Below, piece after piece: positions 24,052 through 32,000 of a stretch of 32,000 bases of DNA (position 1 is its first letter; each line of letters begins with the position of its first letter). A program made the position numbers and the translations under genes. The stretch comes from Nostoc punctiforme PCC 73102 (GTDB lineage Bacteria > Cyanobacteriota > Cyanobacteriia > Cyanobacteriales > Nostocaceae), in the NCBI RefSeq assembly GCF_000020025.1, contig NC_010628.1, positions 6,660,001 through 6,692,000 on the forward strand. The letters run 5' to 3'. The notes beneath the pieces are model-generated. The model was not told where the DNA came from. It worked only from the letters and a program-made list of their open reading frames with translations, and made no database searches.

Positions 24052-25469
24052 GGCTCTCACAGACTAGATATGTAAAATTAACAAAAGAAATACCAATTTA
24101 GTAAAACCCTTCTTCTAAAACTATTAAAGTTAGTTAAGCCATAAGCTCTGCATTTAATTAGCTTAATCTTCTGATTAATTCCTTCTACAATACCTTGAGT
24201 AGTTCGGCGATCAAAATAAGCAAGAATTTCATCTATCCATCTACTTATAGTTCGGCAACTTTTGGGAAATAATTTATAAGCTCCTTGAGTCCATTCCAGG
24301 AATTTATCTAAAGCTTCATCACTGGTTATGGGACTTTCAAATATATCTCTAATGGCTTCTTTATTTCGATACATTTCTCCTAAGTCTGGAGCAACTTTTT
24401 TGAGTAAATCTATCTGAGCTTGTTCCTGAACACTGAGGCATTCTTTTTTCTTTAACAAAGGGTATTTACTGTGAGTTAAGCCAGTTAATTTCTTTTCTCT
24501 TTCTTGGCGATTTTTAATTTTTAAGGCTGCTCTTTTTTCCTGTTTTCTTCTTGCGTCTAACTCCTGATTTATTTGTTTCATGACATGGAATCTATCTGCT
24601 ACTACTTGAGCATTCGGTAGCATTTCTTGGATTAAACTTTTATAGGGTATCCATAAGTCTATGCTGACTTCTTCTATTTGATTTAATATCTCTGAACCCA
24701 GACTGGATAGGTATTCTGCTATAACCGCTTTATTTCTCTTCTCTAACAATGCTATCGGTCTTCTTGTTTCTAAGTCTACTAATACTGCTGCATAATTCTT
24801 TCCTCCTTTTAATTGCGTGATTTCATCTATTCCTAACTTTTTTATCTGGTTAGGTTTTTCTTTTAGTAGTTCTGATTCTAATTCTTTTAATATTGTTTCT
24901 ATCTCAGATGAACTCATTCTATTTCTTCGGGCTGCATTCTCTACATCAGTTTCTAACACTTCCTTAATTACTTTGTTCGCTAATCTTTTTGTATAGGTTC
25001 TTCTACTTTTTACAAAAGATAGTTTCTCACTAAATACTTTTTGGCATTCTGTACACTTTAATTGCCGACGATTTACTTTTAAAAATACTTGATAGTCACT
25101 CATGGGTATATCTCTGACTATATACCAATGATTTTGATGAGTTTTATTAGTTGTCTTTCCACACCGAGGACACTGACCAACTTTTGATTGATTTTGGATT
25201 TCAATTACGATTTCATCATCAGTGATAAAATCGTAATTCAATACTTTGATATCTTCAATATTAATAACTTTAGTAATAAAATGAAGTAAGGGATTAGAAG
25301 GCATATTTATTAAAATATTAATTCTATTTTCAATATTTCTTGTGTTTTATATTCTCAATTGCTTCTGTATTTCCTTCTCTGCACAGGCTGTTGCCACCGA
25401 TTACTGCTATTCTATTGAGATATATTGAATTTATTTATACTATTTTAACATAACTACTCTGGAAGAGCC
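24052..25469 (-). mobile_element. ISL3-family insertion sequence (1418 bp) with 8-bp target duplication
   Basis: Imperfect terminal IRs are GGCTCTCACAGACTAGATATGTAAAAT (24052-) and GGCTCTTCCAGAGTAGTTATGTTAAAAT (reverse complement of -25469). Direct repeats ATTATTTT lie at 24044-24051 and 25470-25477. Confidence 0.85.
24078..25304 (-). CDS. ISL3-family transposase
   Basis: 408 aa with an N-terminal zinc-finger CPRCG...CTECQ and a typical ISL3 (IS204/IS1001/IS1096/IS1165-type) DDE region (VSIDLW..Y...I....P.A.VV.DRFH). Confidence 0.9.
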   Translation of the reverse strand: MPSNPLLHFITKVINIEDIKVLNYDFITDDEIVIEIQNQSKVGQCPRCGKTTNKTHQNHWYIVRDIPMSDYQVFLKVNRRQLKCTECQKVFSEKLSFVKSRRTYTKRLANKVIKEVLETDVENAARRNRMSSSEIETILKELESELLKEKPNQIKKLGIDEITQLKGGKNYAAVLVDLETRRPIALLEKRNKAVIAEYLSSLGSEILNQIEEVSIDLWIPYKSLIQEMLPNAQVVADRFHVMKQINQELDARRKQEKRAALKIKNRQEREKKLTGLTHSKYPLLKKKECLSVQEQAQIDLLKKVAPDLGEMYRNKEAIRDIFESPITSDEALDKFLEWTQGAYKLFPKSCRTISRWIDEILAYFDRRTTQGIVEGINQKIKLIKCRAYGLTNFNSFRRRVLLNWYFFC

Positions 25470-26141
25470 ATTATTTTTCACCAAAATCATCAAACAGAAA
25501 CAACTAGCAGCTAACTTTATTAAGCTCAAAGCTTCACTTTTTAATACAATAAAAGCGCCTAATCCTATAAGAATAAAAGGCACAAAATTATTAACATAGC
25601 GAGTCAATATATCAGCTATTACTCTATAATGAGTTAATTTGTATGCCCCATAGCACCAAATTCCTAATAATAGAAAAAATAATCCGATAATTACCAGAAA
25701 ACTCTCTAAGCTGCTGCTAGCAAATAAAGGCACGTAGACACTAATATTATCGCTACCATTGGCAAGTGTAACGGCTGCCACACTATAAGCTTGAGGAGAA
25801 AAAAAACTCGTATTTGTTGATGCTTCAGCCTCTTCTGTCGTAGCGAAAACTTCTTTTGATGAATCATCTTCCCGATTCACCAAACTACTGATACCTATGG
25901 ACATTGGTAGTAAACCAAGTAATCCAATCCAGTTTTTGGATAATACTAACCCACCAAATAAACCAGGAAGGCTAAGGATTAGCAGAACTGTAAAACCTAG
26001 AAACTGACCAGCAACTATATGCCGAGGACGAAGGCTAGTATTTATTTGAGAAAAAAACAATAATAAAATGACAATATCATCAATATTAGTGGCAATGAAC
26101 GCAATTGCCCCTGTAGTAATTGCAGTAACTAATTCGTTCAT
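25440..26141 (-). CDS. CadD-family (cadmium resistance transporter-like) membrane protein; C-terminal tail replaced by the ISL3 end
   Basis: N-terminal IAFIATNIDDIVILLLFFSQ motif and ~6 TM segments. The last 9 codons (GSSRVVMLK*) are read from the IS terminal repeat. The native tail ERVDEIGKNSK* continues at 24043-24008. Confidence 0.7.
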   Translation of the reverse strand: MNELVTAITTGAIAFIATNIDDIVILLLFFSQINTSLRPRHIVAGQFLGFTVLLILSLPGLFGGLVLSKNWIGLLGLLPMSIGISSLVNREDDSSKEVFATTEEAEASTNTSFFSPQAYSVAAVTLANGSDNISVYVPLFASSSLESFLVIIGLFFLLLGIWCYGAYKLTHYRVIADILTRYVNNFVPFILIGLGAFIVLKSEALSLIKLAASCFCLMILVKNNGSSRVVMLK

Positions 26142-26267
26142 ATTTTACAGCAGTTTTCAGGTCTTTAGGCCGATAAGATAGGGAATGGGTATTAAAAAGT
26201 AGTGTAGTTCAATTACTTGAAAGGTTAATTTGGTATGGTGAGAAATCGTAGGTTCTAAAAATCCAGG

Positions 26268-26930
26268 ATGAGTAAGCTAGGGACAGTCTTCAGTGAAGGG
26301 ATTATTGCCTTCATAGCCACTAACATAGATGACATCATTATCTTGTTAATATTTTTTTCACAGATAGATGTTAATTTTCGGCGGCGGCATATCTTACTCG
26401 GTCAATATCTGGGTTTTTCAGCCATTATCATCGCTAGTTTACCAGGATTTTTTGGGGGATTGGTCATACAGCGAGAATGGATAGGATTGTTAGGACTGCT
26501 ACCAATAGCAATTGGTATTCAACAATTAATATATAGAAAAGAAGAACCTATAACAGTTCAGACAGTCAGTAGTGATTTTACTCAATCTACACCTACTAAC
26601 CCGGTATTGTCTTTTATTTTGAGTGTTTTGCACCCCCAAACCTATAAAGTGGCAGCAGTAACGATCGCTAATGGTGGTGACAATATTAGTATATATATCC
26701 CTTTATTTGCTGGTCATGACCTTGCCAGTTTGGGAATAATTTTAGGTATATTTTTTATCATGGTAGGGGTTTGGTGTGCGATCGCTTATTTTTTAAGTCG
26801 TCAACCTACCATTGCTTATATTTTAAGTCGCTACGGTAAAGCTGCTGTACCTTTTGTTTTAATCGGCTTAGGTCTGTTCATTATGTATGAGCGAGGTACA
26901 TTCACTCTCCTGCCTTGGGTGAGAAGTTAA
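26268..26930 (+). CDS. CadD-family membrane protein (paralog, divergent)
   Basis: IIAFIATNIDDIIILLIFFSQ and the same TM architecture as the neighbour. The two are separated by a 126-nt divergent intergenic region. Confidence 0.7.
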   Translation: MSKLGTVFSEGIIAFIATNIDDIIILLIFFSQIDVNFRRRHILLGQYLGFSAIIIASLPGFFGGLVIQREWIGLLGLLPIAIGIQQLIYRKEEPITVQTVSSDFTQSTPTNPVLSFILSVLHPQTYKVAAVTIANGGDNISIYIPLFAGHDLASLGIILGIFFIMVGVWCAIAYFLSRQPTIAYILSRYGKAAVPFVLIGLGLFIMYERGTFTLLPWVRS

Positions 26931-27117
26931 TCAATGTTGGATTTTGAATACTGGATTTGAGATTGAACGATGAAAACTCCAATCTGAAATCTAAATATCC
27001 ACAAAATGGTTAATATTCGAGCTTCAACGAAAAAGTTTTTGTTTACCAATTCTTAACCTAGACGAGGTTTAGCATCAATATAATAATTTGACAATAATTT
27101 GACTTATTGAAAGCTAT

Positions 27118-28120
27118 AGAGTTGTCGGGAAATAAAAGATAAGTGAGGCAATGCTGGTCTTGTAATTGGGATTCTCTTAAGCAGCCATCAAGTAGAAGTT
27201 CCATAATCCTGCTGCGGTCAGCATCAAATGGTCATCAAAGTTTTCAATCCGATTACGATAAATGACACTGGCGGCGTTGTAGCGCTTCACACCAGCAAAG
27301 GCATTTTCGCAAACTACACGGGATTGACTCAATTGACGATTCTCCGTTTTTTGAAGGTCACTTAACTTGCCCCCTTTGGGCTTTTTGTGAGGAAGATGGA
27401 GATTGTCATACTGCTTCTGTAATCCCTGAAAGCCCGAGTCTACTTCAATCGGAATTTCATCAGGCACACTACCTGCAATGTCATCTTCGTCATGAAAACG
27501 TTTGTCATGCAGTTTGCCTTCTCGTGCTTTGCTTAAGATCAAGACCCGTTTGGTTTCATCAACTGCCGCCAAGTGTTTACGCGTATGACGTTTCTTTTTA
27601 CCGGAGTAATTCTGTTGTTGTTGTTCTCTTTCTTGAGGTCGCGCAATTGGGCGTTCTGTCCCATCAATCATCACTCGTTGCACTCCTGGAAAGCGTGACA
27701 AAAATGCTTCAATGCTTTCGAGATGGCGTTCCGGCAGCGCCATCTTCTGTCCCAAAGCCGCTTCTAATATTGGCTGCAATCGATGCATCCACTCATGTGC
27801 CTGGGAGCGATGCATATCAAAGAGCAGTCCCGCCACATCAAAGGTCGGATAACATTTGAAATAGAAAAGGATGAAAAACAATTTGTCTTGGGCTGTAAGT
27901 AAGCGGGCTTTGCGTCCTCCACCCAGGCCACGTTGACGAGGCTTGGCCTGTTGAGTATCTAGGTACATCGTGGTAAACGTGGGCAAAAGGGCATCAAATG
28001 CTTTCCGGTTCAACCCAGTTAATGCCCTCAACAGTCGGTCTTGCTTCAGCGCACCTTCAATATTCAGCATCATTCTTCCCTACCACTGCTGTCTATTCTC
28101 TCTTATTTCCCGACAAGTCT
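27118..28120 (-). mobile_element. IS5-family (DDE_Tnp_4 / Harbinger-type transposase) insertion sequence, about 1.0 kb
   Basis: Terminal IRs are AGAGTTGTCGGGAAATAA (27118-) and AGACTTGTCGGGAAATAA (reverse complement of -28120). Flanking TAT lies at 27115-27117 and 28121-28123. Confidence 0.7.
27177..28073 (-). CDS. IS5-family DDE transposase
   Basis: 298 aa with IDGTERPIARP...YSGKKKRHTRKH, DSGFQGL and SQSRVVCENAFAGVKRY...YRNR motifs characteristic of the DDE_Tnp_4 group. Confidence 0.85.
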   Translation of the reverse strand: MMLNIEGALKQDRLLRALTGLNRKAFDALLPTFTTMYLDTQQAKPRQRGLGGGRKARLLTAQDKLFFILFYFKCYPTFDVAGLLFDMHRSQAHEWMHRLQPILEAALGQKMALPERHLESIEAFLSRFPGVQRVMIDGTERPIARPQEREQQQQNYSGKKKRHTRKHLAAVDETKRVLILSKAREGKLHDKRFHDEDDIAGSVPDEIPIEVDSGFQGLQKQYDNLHLPHKKPKGGKLSDLQKTENRQLSQSRVVCENAFAGVKRYNAASVIYRNRIENFDDHLMLTAAGLWNFYLMAA

Positions 28121-28126
28121 TATGTA

Positions 28127-28492
28127 ATGCGATACTCCCTTATACCTGCGATTCGGTGCAATTCTATCCGTTTTCGCCCAACCATCCAACCTGTTTTTTG
28201 TCTGATTTCAGCGATCGCCCCGTTTTTGTGCTTTACCTCAGCACAAGCTCAGATAATCGGACAAGATATCACTTCAATTACTACTGACATTGCTTCGTTT
28301 CCTACTATATCTATTACCAAAGTTGCAGGTGACAGCGAATTTGCAGGTAATACTTTTACTCTCAACTTCGGTGGGCAAATTCAATCAATTACAGGATTGA
28401 CAACCACAGGAAGCAGCACAACATTTAGATACATCCCTGCTTTTGTGCAGATTCGCCGTAACCCCGCTACAGATGACAGAAAGCTAGCTTAG
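28127..28492 (+). CDS. hypothetical secreted protein (121 aa)
   Basis: ATG 28127 is followed by a signal-peptide-like segment (FCLISAIAPFLCFTSAQAQ). The upstream part of the listed ORF (27998-) runs through the IS end and is rejected. Confidence 0.35.
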   Translation: MRYSLIPAIRCNSIRFRPTIQPVFCLISAIAPFLCFTSAQAQIIGQDITSITTDIASFPTISITKVAGDSEFAGNTFTLNFGGQIQSITGLTTTGSSTTFRYIPAFVQIRRNPATDDRKLA

Positions 28493-28630
28493 TCGCTAAT
28501 TCTTGTTTTCCTATGAATACTGGAACGAACGGAGGAATAGATTTAGCTGCACCTAACTTGGGTGCCGTCTTTTTGGAGAGTGAGTGAGCAGCGAAAAACT
28601 TTTACAACCAAACTCTATTACCGAGTCTTG

Positions 28631-29428
28631 TCAAACCTGATGAACTAATTTCCAACTTACCATCATCAAGATGGCATAAATAATAAACCGTAGTGGGCGT
28701 TGCGGAGCTATTTGACAGACTTTAGCACCTAATAATACTCCTGGCACAGAGCCTAACCATATAGGCAGTACCAAACTCCAATCAACTGTTCCCAGGCTGA
28801 GATGGCCGAGAGCTGTAAATAGCAGTAAAATTGCTGCGTGCGAAATATCTGTACCCACTAACTTCCGTGCATCAAGGCGGAAAAACGCAATCAGCACTAG
28901 AGCAAACATTGAACCTGATGAGACGCTAGTTAGACCAACTAAACAGCCTAAAATGGCCCCCAGAGTGATTGTTAGGAAGCGGCCAAAGTTAGTTTCTAAG
29001 TCTAACTTTGGTAGTTCGGGTAAATTGAATTTGGGTAAAAAAGTCAATAACAACAATTGCACTAGTGCTAAAGCTGTGACTAGCAAAATCATCATACCAA
29101 GCAAACGGAGCAAGATGCTATCCAGGTTATACTCACCTGTACGTTTAAGAAAGTGCAAAATTCCCACCCCAAATAGTGAGCCTGGAACACTTCCGAATGC
29201 CAGCCATTTGACAACTTCTGTATCCAGAGTTTTCTGTTCCCAATGCTTGACGCTACCAACAATCTTCATCAATGTGGCAGCTACAACATCAGAACTCACT
29301 GCGATGGAAGGCGGAACTTGAAAAACAAAAATCAACATTGGAGTAATGAGAGAGGCTCCGCCAATCCCCGTCAAACCAACTATGATTCCAACAAAGAAGC
29401 TTAAGAATGGTAGTAATAAATAGTGCAT
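28631..29428 (-). CDS. TauE/SafE-family (sulfite exporter-like) membrane protein
   Basis: GLTGIGGASLITPMLIF N-terminal motif and its internal repeat (GLTSVSSGSMFALVLIAF), with 7-8 TM segments. ATG 29428 (MHYLLL) is preferred to the listed TTG 29479. Confidence 0.8.
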   Translation of the reverse strand: MHYLLLPFLSFFVGIIVGLTGIGGASLITPMLIFVFQVPPSIAVSSDVVAATLMKIVGSVKHWEQKTLDTEVVKWLAFGSVPGSLFGVGILHFLKRTGEYNLDSILLRLLGMMILLVTALALVQLLLLTFLPKFNLPELPKLDLETNFGRFLTITLGAILGCLVGLTSVSSGSMFALVLIAFFRLDARKLVGTDISHAAILLLFTALGHLSLGTVDWSLVLPIWLGSVPGVLLGAKVCQIAPQRPLRFIIYAILMMVSWKLVHQV

Positions 29429-29728
29429 ACTCTTTGGGGGTTTGAGAAAGTCAGCTAGAACTTTACTACTAGAAAGCAATAACTCAGCCGAATTACAGCT
29501 CAGTGGTAGATAGAGCTAGTCATGGCAAGTTATTGTGTTTCTCAAAGGATGAGTGACACAAAAAAGGTTATCCAGCTAAAAGTTAGGGCAGAGGATTACT
29601 GGACAACTTAAAACCTGTCTGGAAGTTTTTGGAAGCATGACAACTGACATTTACCTGAAACAGACTTTGATAACTGCTTATGGGTCAGTTGTTTGACTAA
29701 AATCAACTTCTTACTGGTTTTTTTGCGG

Positions 29729-29742
29729 TTTTACATGTAAAA
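29729..29742. promoter_or_regulatory. 14-bp perfect palindrome TTTTACATGTAAAA (a near-copy TTTTACTTGTAAA lies at 29769-29781)
   Basis: Two related palindromes about 40 nt apart lie 70-120 nt upstream of the ADH remnant. They are candidate operators. Confidence 0.3.
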
Positions 29743-29850
29743 GCCGGTAAAACTATGTGCTTACCGTATTTTACTTGTAAACACGATCAAACGTCTAGCG
29801 TATTCGTTTTGTATATCGCTATATTTTCTGGATAATACACCGCAAGTCTA

Positions 29851-30046
29851 ATGACTCATGGAAAATTTTATTTTTACAACCCAGTCAAAATCCTGTTTGG
29901 CAAAGCTCAAATCGCCAATATTGCTGCTGAAATTTCTGTTGATGCCAAAATATATTATTACCTACAGTGGGGGTAGCATCAAAATTAACGACGTTTATAA
30001 CCGGGTGAAGTCTGCGTTGTCTGGACGGCAAAAAACACTTGACTAA
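29851..30046 (+). pseudogene. N-terminal remnant of an iron-containing (YqhD-type) alcohol dehydrogenase, frameshifted and truncated
   Basis: The frame from ATG 29851 reads MTHGKFYFYNPVKILFGKAQIANIAAEISVDAKI. It then shifts by +1 into ITYSGGSIKINDVYNRVKSALSGRQ (the listed 62-aa ORF). Together they match the YqhD N-terminus pattern (P..ILFGKG.I..L...I..DA.VLITYGGGSVKK.GV.DQV..AL.G). Nothing of the remaining ~320 codons follows. Confidence 0.65.
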
Positions 30047-30069
30047 CGAGCATGTATACTGCTAAAAGT

Positions 30070-30091
30070 AAACAGACCGAATAGTCTGTAA
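30070..30091. promoter_or_regulatory. candidate TetR operator (ACAGAC-N6-GTCTGT)
   Basis: taaacagaccgaatagtctgtaat lies about 50 nt upstream of the tetR-family gene start. Confidence 0.35.
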
Positions 30092-30140
30092 TTTCCAATT
30101 CAATAAACTACACGACTCCCTACTCTAATAAATCGCTGTA

Positions 30141-30728
30141 ATGTCCAAAGGCGAAGAAACAAAAAGTAGAATTCTCCACCAAGCAGCCGAACTGTTTAAC
30201 CAACAAGGGTATGCAGGCTCATCAATGTCAGACATTATGCGTGTTACTGGATTGCAAAAAGGAGGAATTTACAATCACTTTCAAAGCAAAGACGATCTCG
30301 CATTACAGGCTTTTGATTTTGCGATCGCTCGCATTAAACAGCATACTAGATTTGCATTGCGAAGCAAACGCCATGCAGTAGAACGCCTGCAAGCAATCAT
30401 TGGGATATTTAGTAGCTTCGCAGAAAATCCACCTATCAAAGGAGGGTGTCCACTGCTGAATACTGCTGTGGAAAGCGATGATGCTCATCCGGCGTTGCGG
30501 GAACACGCTCAACAGGCGATGAACTCTTGGCTGCATCTAATTCGTCGAATTATTGAAACGGGAATTGCCAAGGGTGAAATTCGCTCTGAAGTAAGTGCTG
30601 ATGAAATTGCCACCATCATAATTGCAACGCTGGAAGGAGCCATAATGATGAGTAAGCTTTATGGAGATTCAATTCACATGTACAGGGTAATTAATCACCT
30701 GAATCAATACTTGGAAAATCACCTTTAA
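30141..30728 (+). CDS. TetR/AcrR-family transcriptional regulator
   Basis: N-terminal HTH ILHQAAELFNQQGYAGSSMSDIMRVTGLQKGGIYNHFQSKDDL. Confidence 0.9.
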   Translation: MSKGEETKSRILHQAAELFNQQGYAGSSMSDIMRVTGLQKGGIYNHFQSKDDLALQAFDFAIARIKQHTRFALRSKRHAVERLQAIIGIFSSFAENPPIKGGCPLLNTAVESDDAHPALREHAQQAMNSWLHLIRRIIETGIAKGEIRSEVSADEIATIIIATLEGAIMMSKLYGDSIHMYRVINHLNQYLENHL

Positions 30729-30732
30729 ATGT

Positions 30733-31122
30733 ATGGTACAAATCAAAGTATATTCTTTAGCAGACAAATTAAATCTTATTAAAGCGGAGCTATCAAATGT
30801 AATCCATACCTCCCTTATAGAGGTTTTACAGCTTACCCCTGAAAAAAGATTTCACCGTTTTTTCCCACTGGATAAATCAGATTTTTATTATCCATCTGAT
30901 AGAACAAACAACTATCTAGTTATCGAAATTAGTATGTTTGAGGGGCGCTCAGTGGAAACAAAAAAAGAGTTGATTCGCCTGCTAATTAAAAATATCAATG
31001 AAAAATTCAATATTCCTATATGCGATATTGAAATCACAATTTTTGAAACGCCCAAATCTAACTGGGGTATTAGAGGTTTACCTGGCGACGAGTTAACCTT
31101 AAACTACAAAGTAGAAGTTTGA
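30733..31122 (+). CDS. tautomerase-superfamily-like protein (tentative)
   Basis: 129 aa in two beta-alpha-beta-like halves (MVQIKVY...; LVIEISMFEGRSVETKKELIRLLIKNINEKFNIP..DIEITIFETP..NWG) resembling Tautomerase_2-type proteins. It is 4 nt after the tetR stop. Residue 2 is Val, not the catalytic Pro. Confidence 0.5.
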   Translation: MVQIKVYSLADKLNLIKAELSNVIHTSLIEVLQLTPEKRFHRFFPLDKSDFYYPSDRTNNYLVIEISMFEGRSVETKKELIRLLIKNINEKFNIPICDIEITIFETPKSNWGIRGLPGDELTLNYKVEV

Positions 31123-31233
31123 AATTGTTGTAGGTAATGGGTTATTAGACAATTAATAACTACTCATACTTGAAAAGAGTAAAATTTTTTAGAATTTTAC
31201 AGACCGATCGGTTTTAAAATATTAAGAGAAATA

Positions 31234-31677
31234 ATGCTAGTAAATAACAGTTTGCACAGACCACTAGAAGTAGTATTAGAAATTCCTGTAAGAACATACG
31301 ACATTGACTTTATAGGAATCGTAAGCAATATTGTATATATCAGATGGTTAGAAGATTTACGTTTAAAGTTTTTAGATGAACATTGGCACCTCAATCAACA
31401 AATTGCTCAAGGATATGCACCTGTTCTAGCTGGAACTGAAATTGAATATAAACGTCCGATAAAAATTATTGACCAAGTAATAGGACGTTTATGGCTAAGT
31501 AATTTAGGACGATTGAAGTGGACTGTACAGGCTGAAATTTTCTCTAATAATGAGTTAGCAGCAGTAGCTAGTCAAAAGGGTGCTTTTGTCAGTTTACAAA
31601 ATAGTCGTCCTATTCCTATTCCAGAGGAATTAAAGAATAAATATTTAGAGCATCAAAAAGGGAATCTGAAAGACTAA
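31234..31677 (+). CDS. hotdog-fold acyl-CoA thioesterase (4HBT/YbgC-like)
   Basis: VRTYDIDFIGIVSNIVYIRWLEDLR... is the typical N-terminal strand-helix with the catalytic Asp position of 4HBT-type thioesterases. Confidence 0.7.
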   Translation: MLVNNSLHRPLEVVLEIPVRTYDIDFIGIVSNIVYIRWLEDLRLKFLDEHWHLNQQIAQGYAPVLAGTEIEYKRPIKIIDQVIGRLWLSNLGRLKWTVQAEIFSNNELAAVASQKGAFVSLQNSRPIPIPEELKNKYLEHQKGNLKD

Positions 31678-31794
31678 GTAAGTTGGCACAATCAAAACAA
31701 ACTATGTAAATAAAAATGAACTAGGCTAAAATCCTCAAGCAAATCAGCTAAAAACACTATAATTTGCTTAAAGCGTGATTTATCCTACTCTTAG

Positions 31795-32000
31795 ACCGGC
31801 GATCTTGATTCTGAATCTATTGATAACTTTCCTTGCACTGACTTACGAACCATTGACCAACTGTGGCTAAAATACAGCAATGGGCAATGGGCACTTTGGG
31901 TTTAGTGTGCAAAAGCGAATTTGGGAAAGCGTTGGAAAAGACTACGAAAAGTTTGGCGATCGCGTCGGATGGCAAAAAGGAATATTTTTTAATAAAGACT
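31795..32000 (+). pseudogene. GUN4-domain gene fragment, 5'-truncated and frameshifted; runs off the window
   Basis: LDSESIDNFPCTDLRTIDQLWLKYSNG is followed, after a frame change, by GHFGFSVQKRIWESVGKDYEKFGDRVGWQ, which is the GUN4 domain core. There is no start codon (TAG at 31792), and a tandem 7-nt duplication sits at 31879-31892. Confidence 0.65.

Noticed and set aside
27524-28287. ORFs 27524..27859 and 27970..28287, and the first 43 codons of 27998..28492
   Set aside because: They are antisense to the IS5 transposase or cross the IS terminal repeat. Only the part from ATG 28127 lies outside the element.
29484-29560. tRNA-like string cagctcagtggtagatagagc (D-arm-like)
   Set aside because: No acceptor stem, anticodon arm or GTTCGAATC-type T-arm follows. 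It is at most a degenerate fragment.

Overview
This is a Nostocales-type cyanobacterial chromosome segment. The evidence is roughly 20-25 HIP1 GCGATCGC octamers counted by eye, STRR-like heptamer tracts, and a gifA / glnA / apcF neighbourhood. All family calls rest on motif recognition from the translations; no searches were run.

Gene order, left to right:
- A partial FAD oxidoreductase, then an ORF-free 750 bp ending in a strong terminator, then a SAM methyltransferase.
- gifA (IF7) and glnA, convergent, each with an identical NtcA box, followed by apcF.
- A roughly 4.0 kb HIP1-free, AT-rich insertion bounded by two diverged copies of the apcF 3' end. It carries a translationally coupled pair (a 158-aa unknown protein plus a 724-aa SF2-like P-loop/Z1-domain protein) and a xisH(pseudo)/xisI pair.
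- A sulfur-assimilation supercluster: two divergent sbpA paralogs (one frameshifted), cysT, cysW, and a NIL-domain gene split by an IS630-family element. These are followed by a large FG-GAP/RTX protein, two more NIL modules, a Crp-family regulator, cysE, and a cluster-less Rrf2 regulator next to cysK. No cysA ATPase is present.
- An accessory right end: an ISL3 element inserted in the 3' end of one of two divergent CadD-like transporter genes, and an IS5-type element. It also holds a TauE/SafE exporter, an Fe-ADH gene remnant, a TetR regulator, a tautomerase-like protein, a hotdog thioesterase and a frameshifted GUN4-domain fragment.

The best candidate for a new system is the two-gene Z1 cassette at 6362-9009 and the apcF-targeted islet that carries it.
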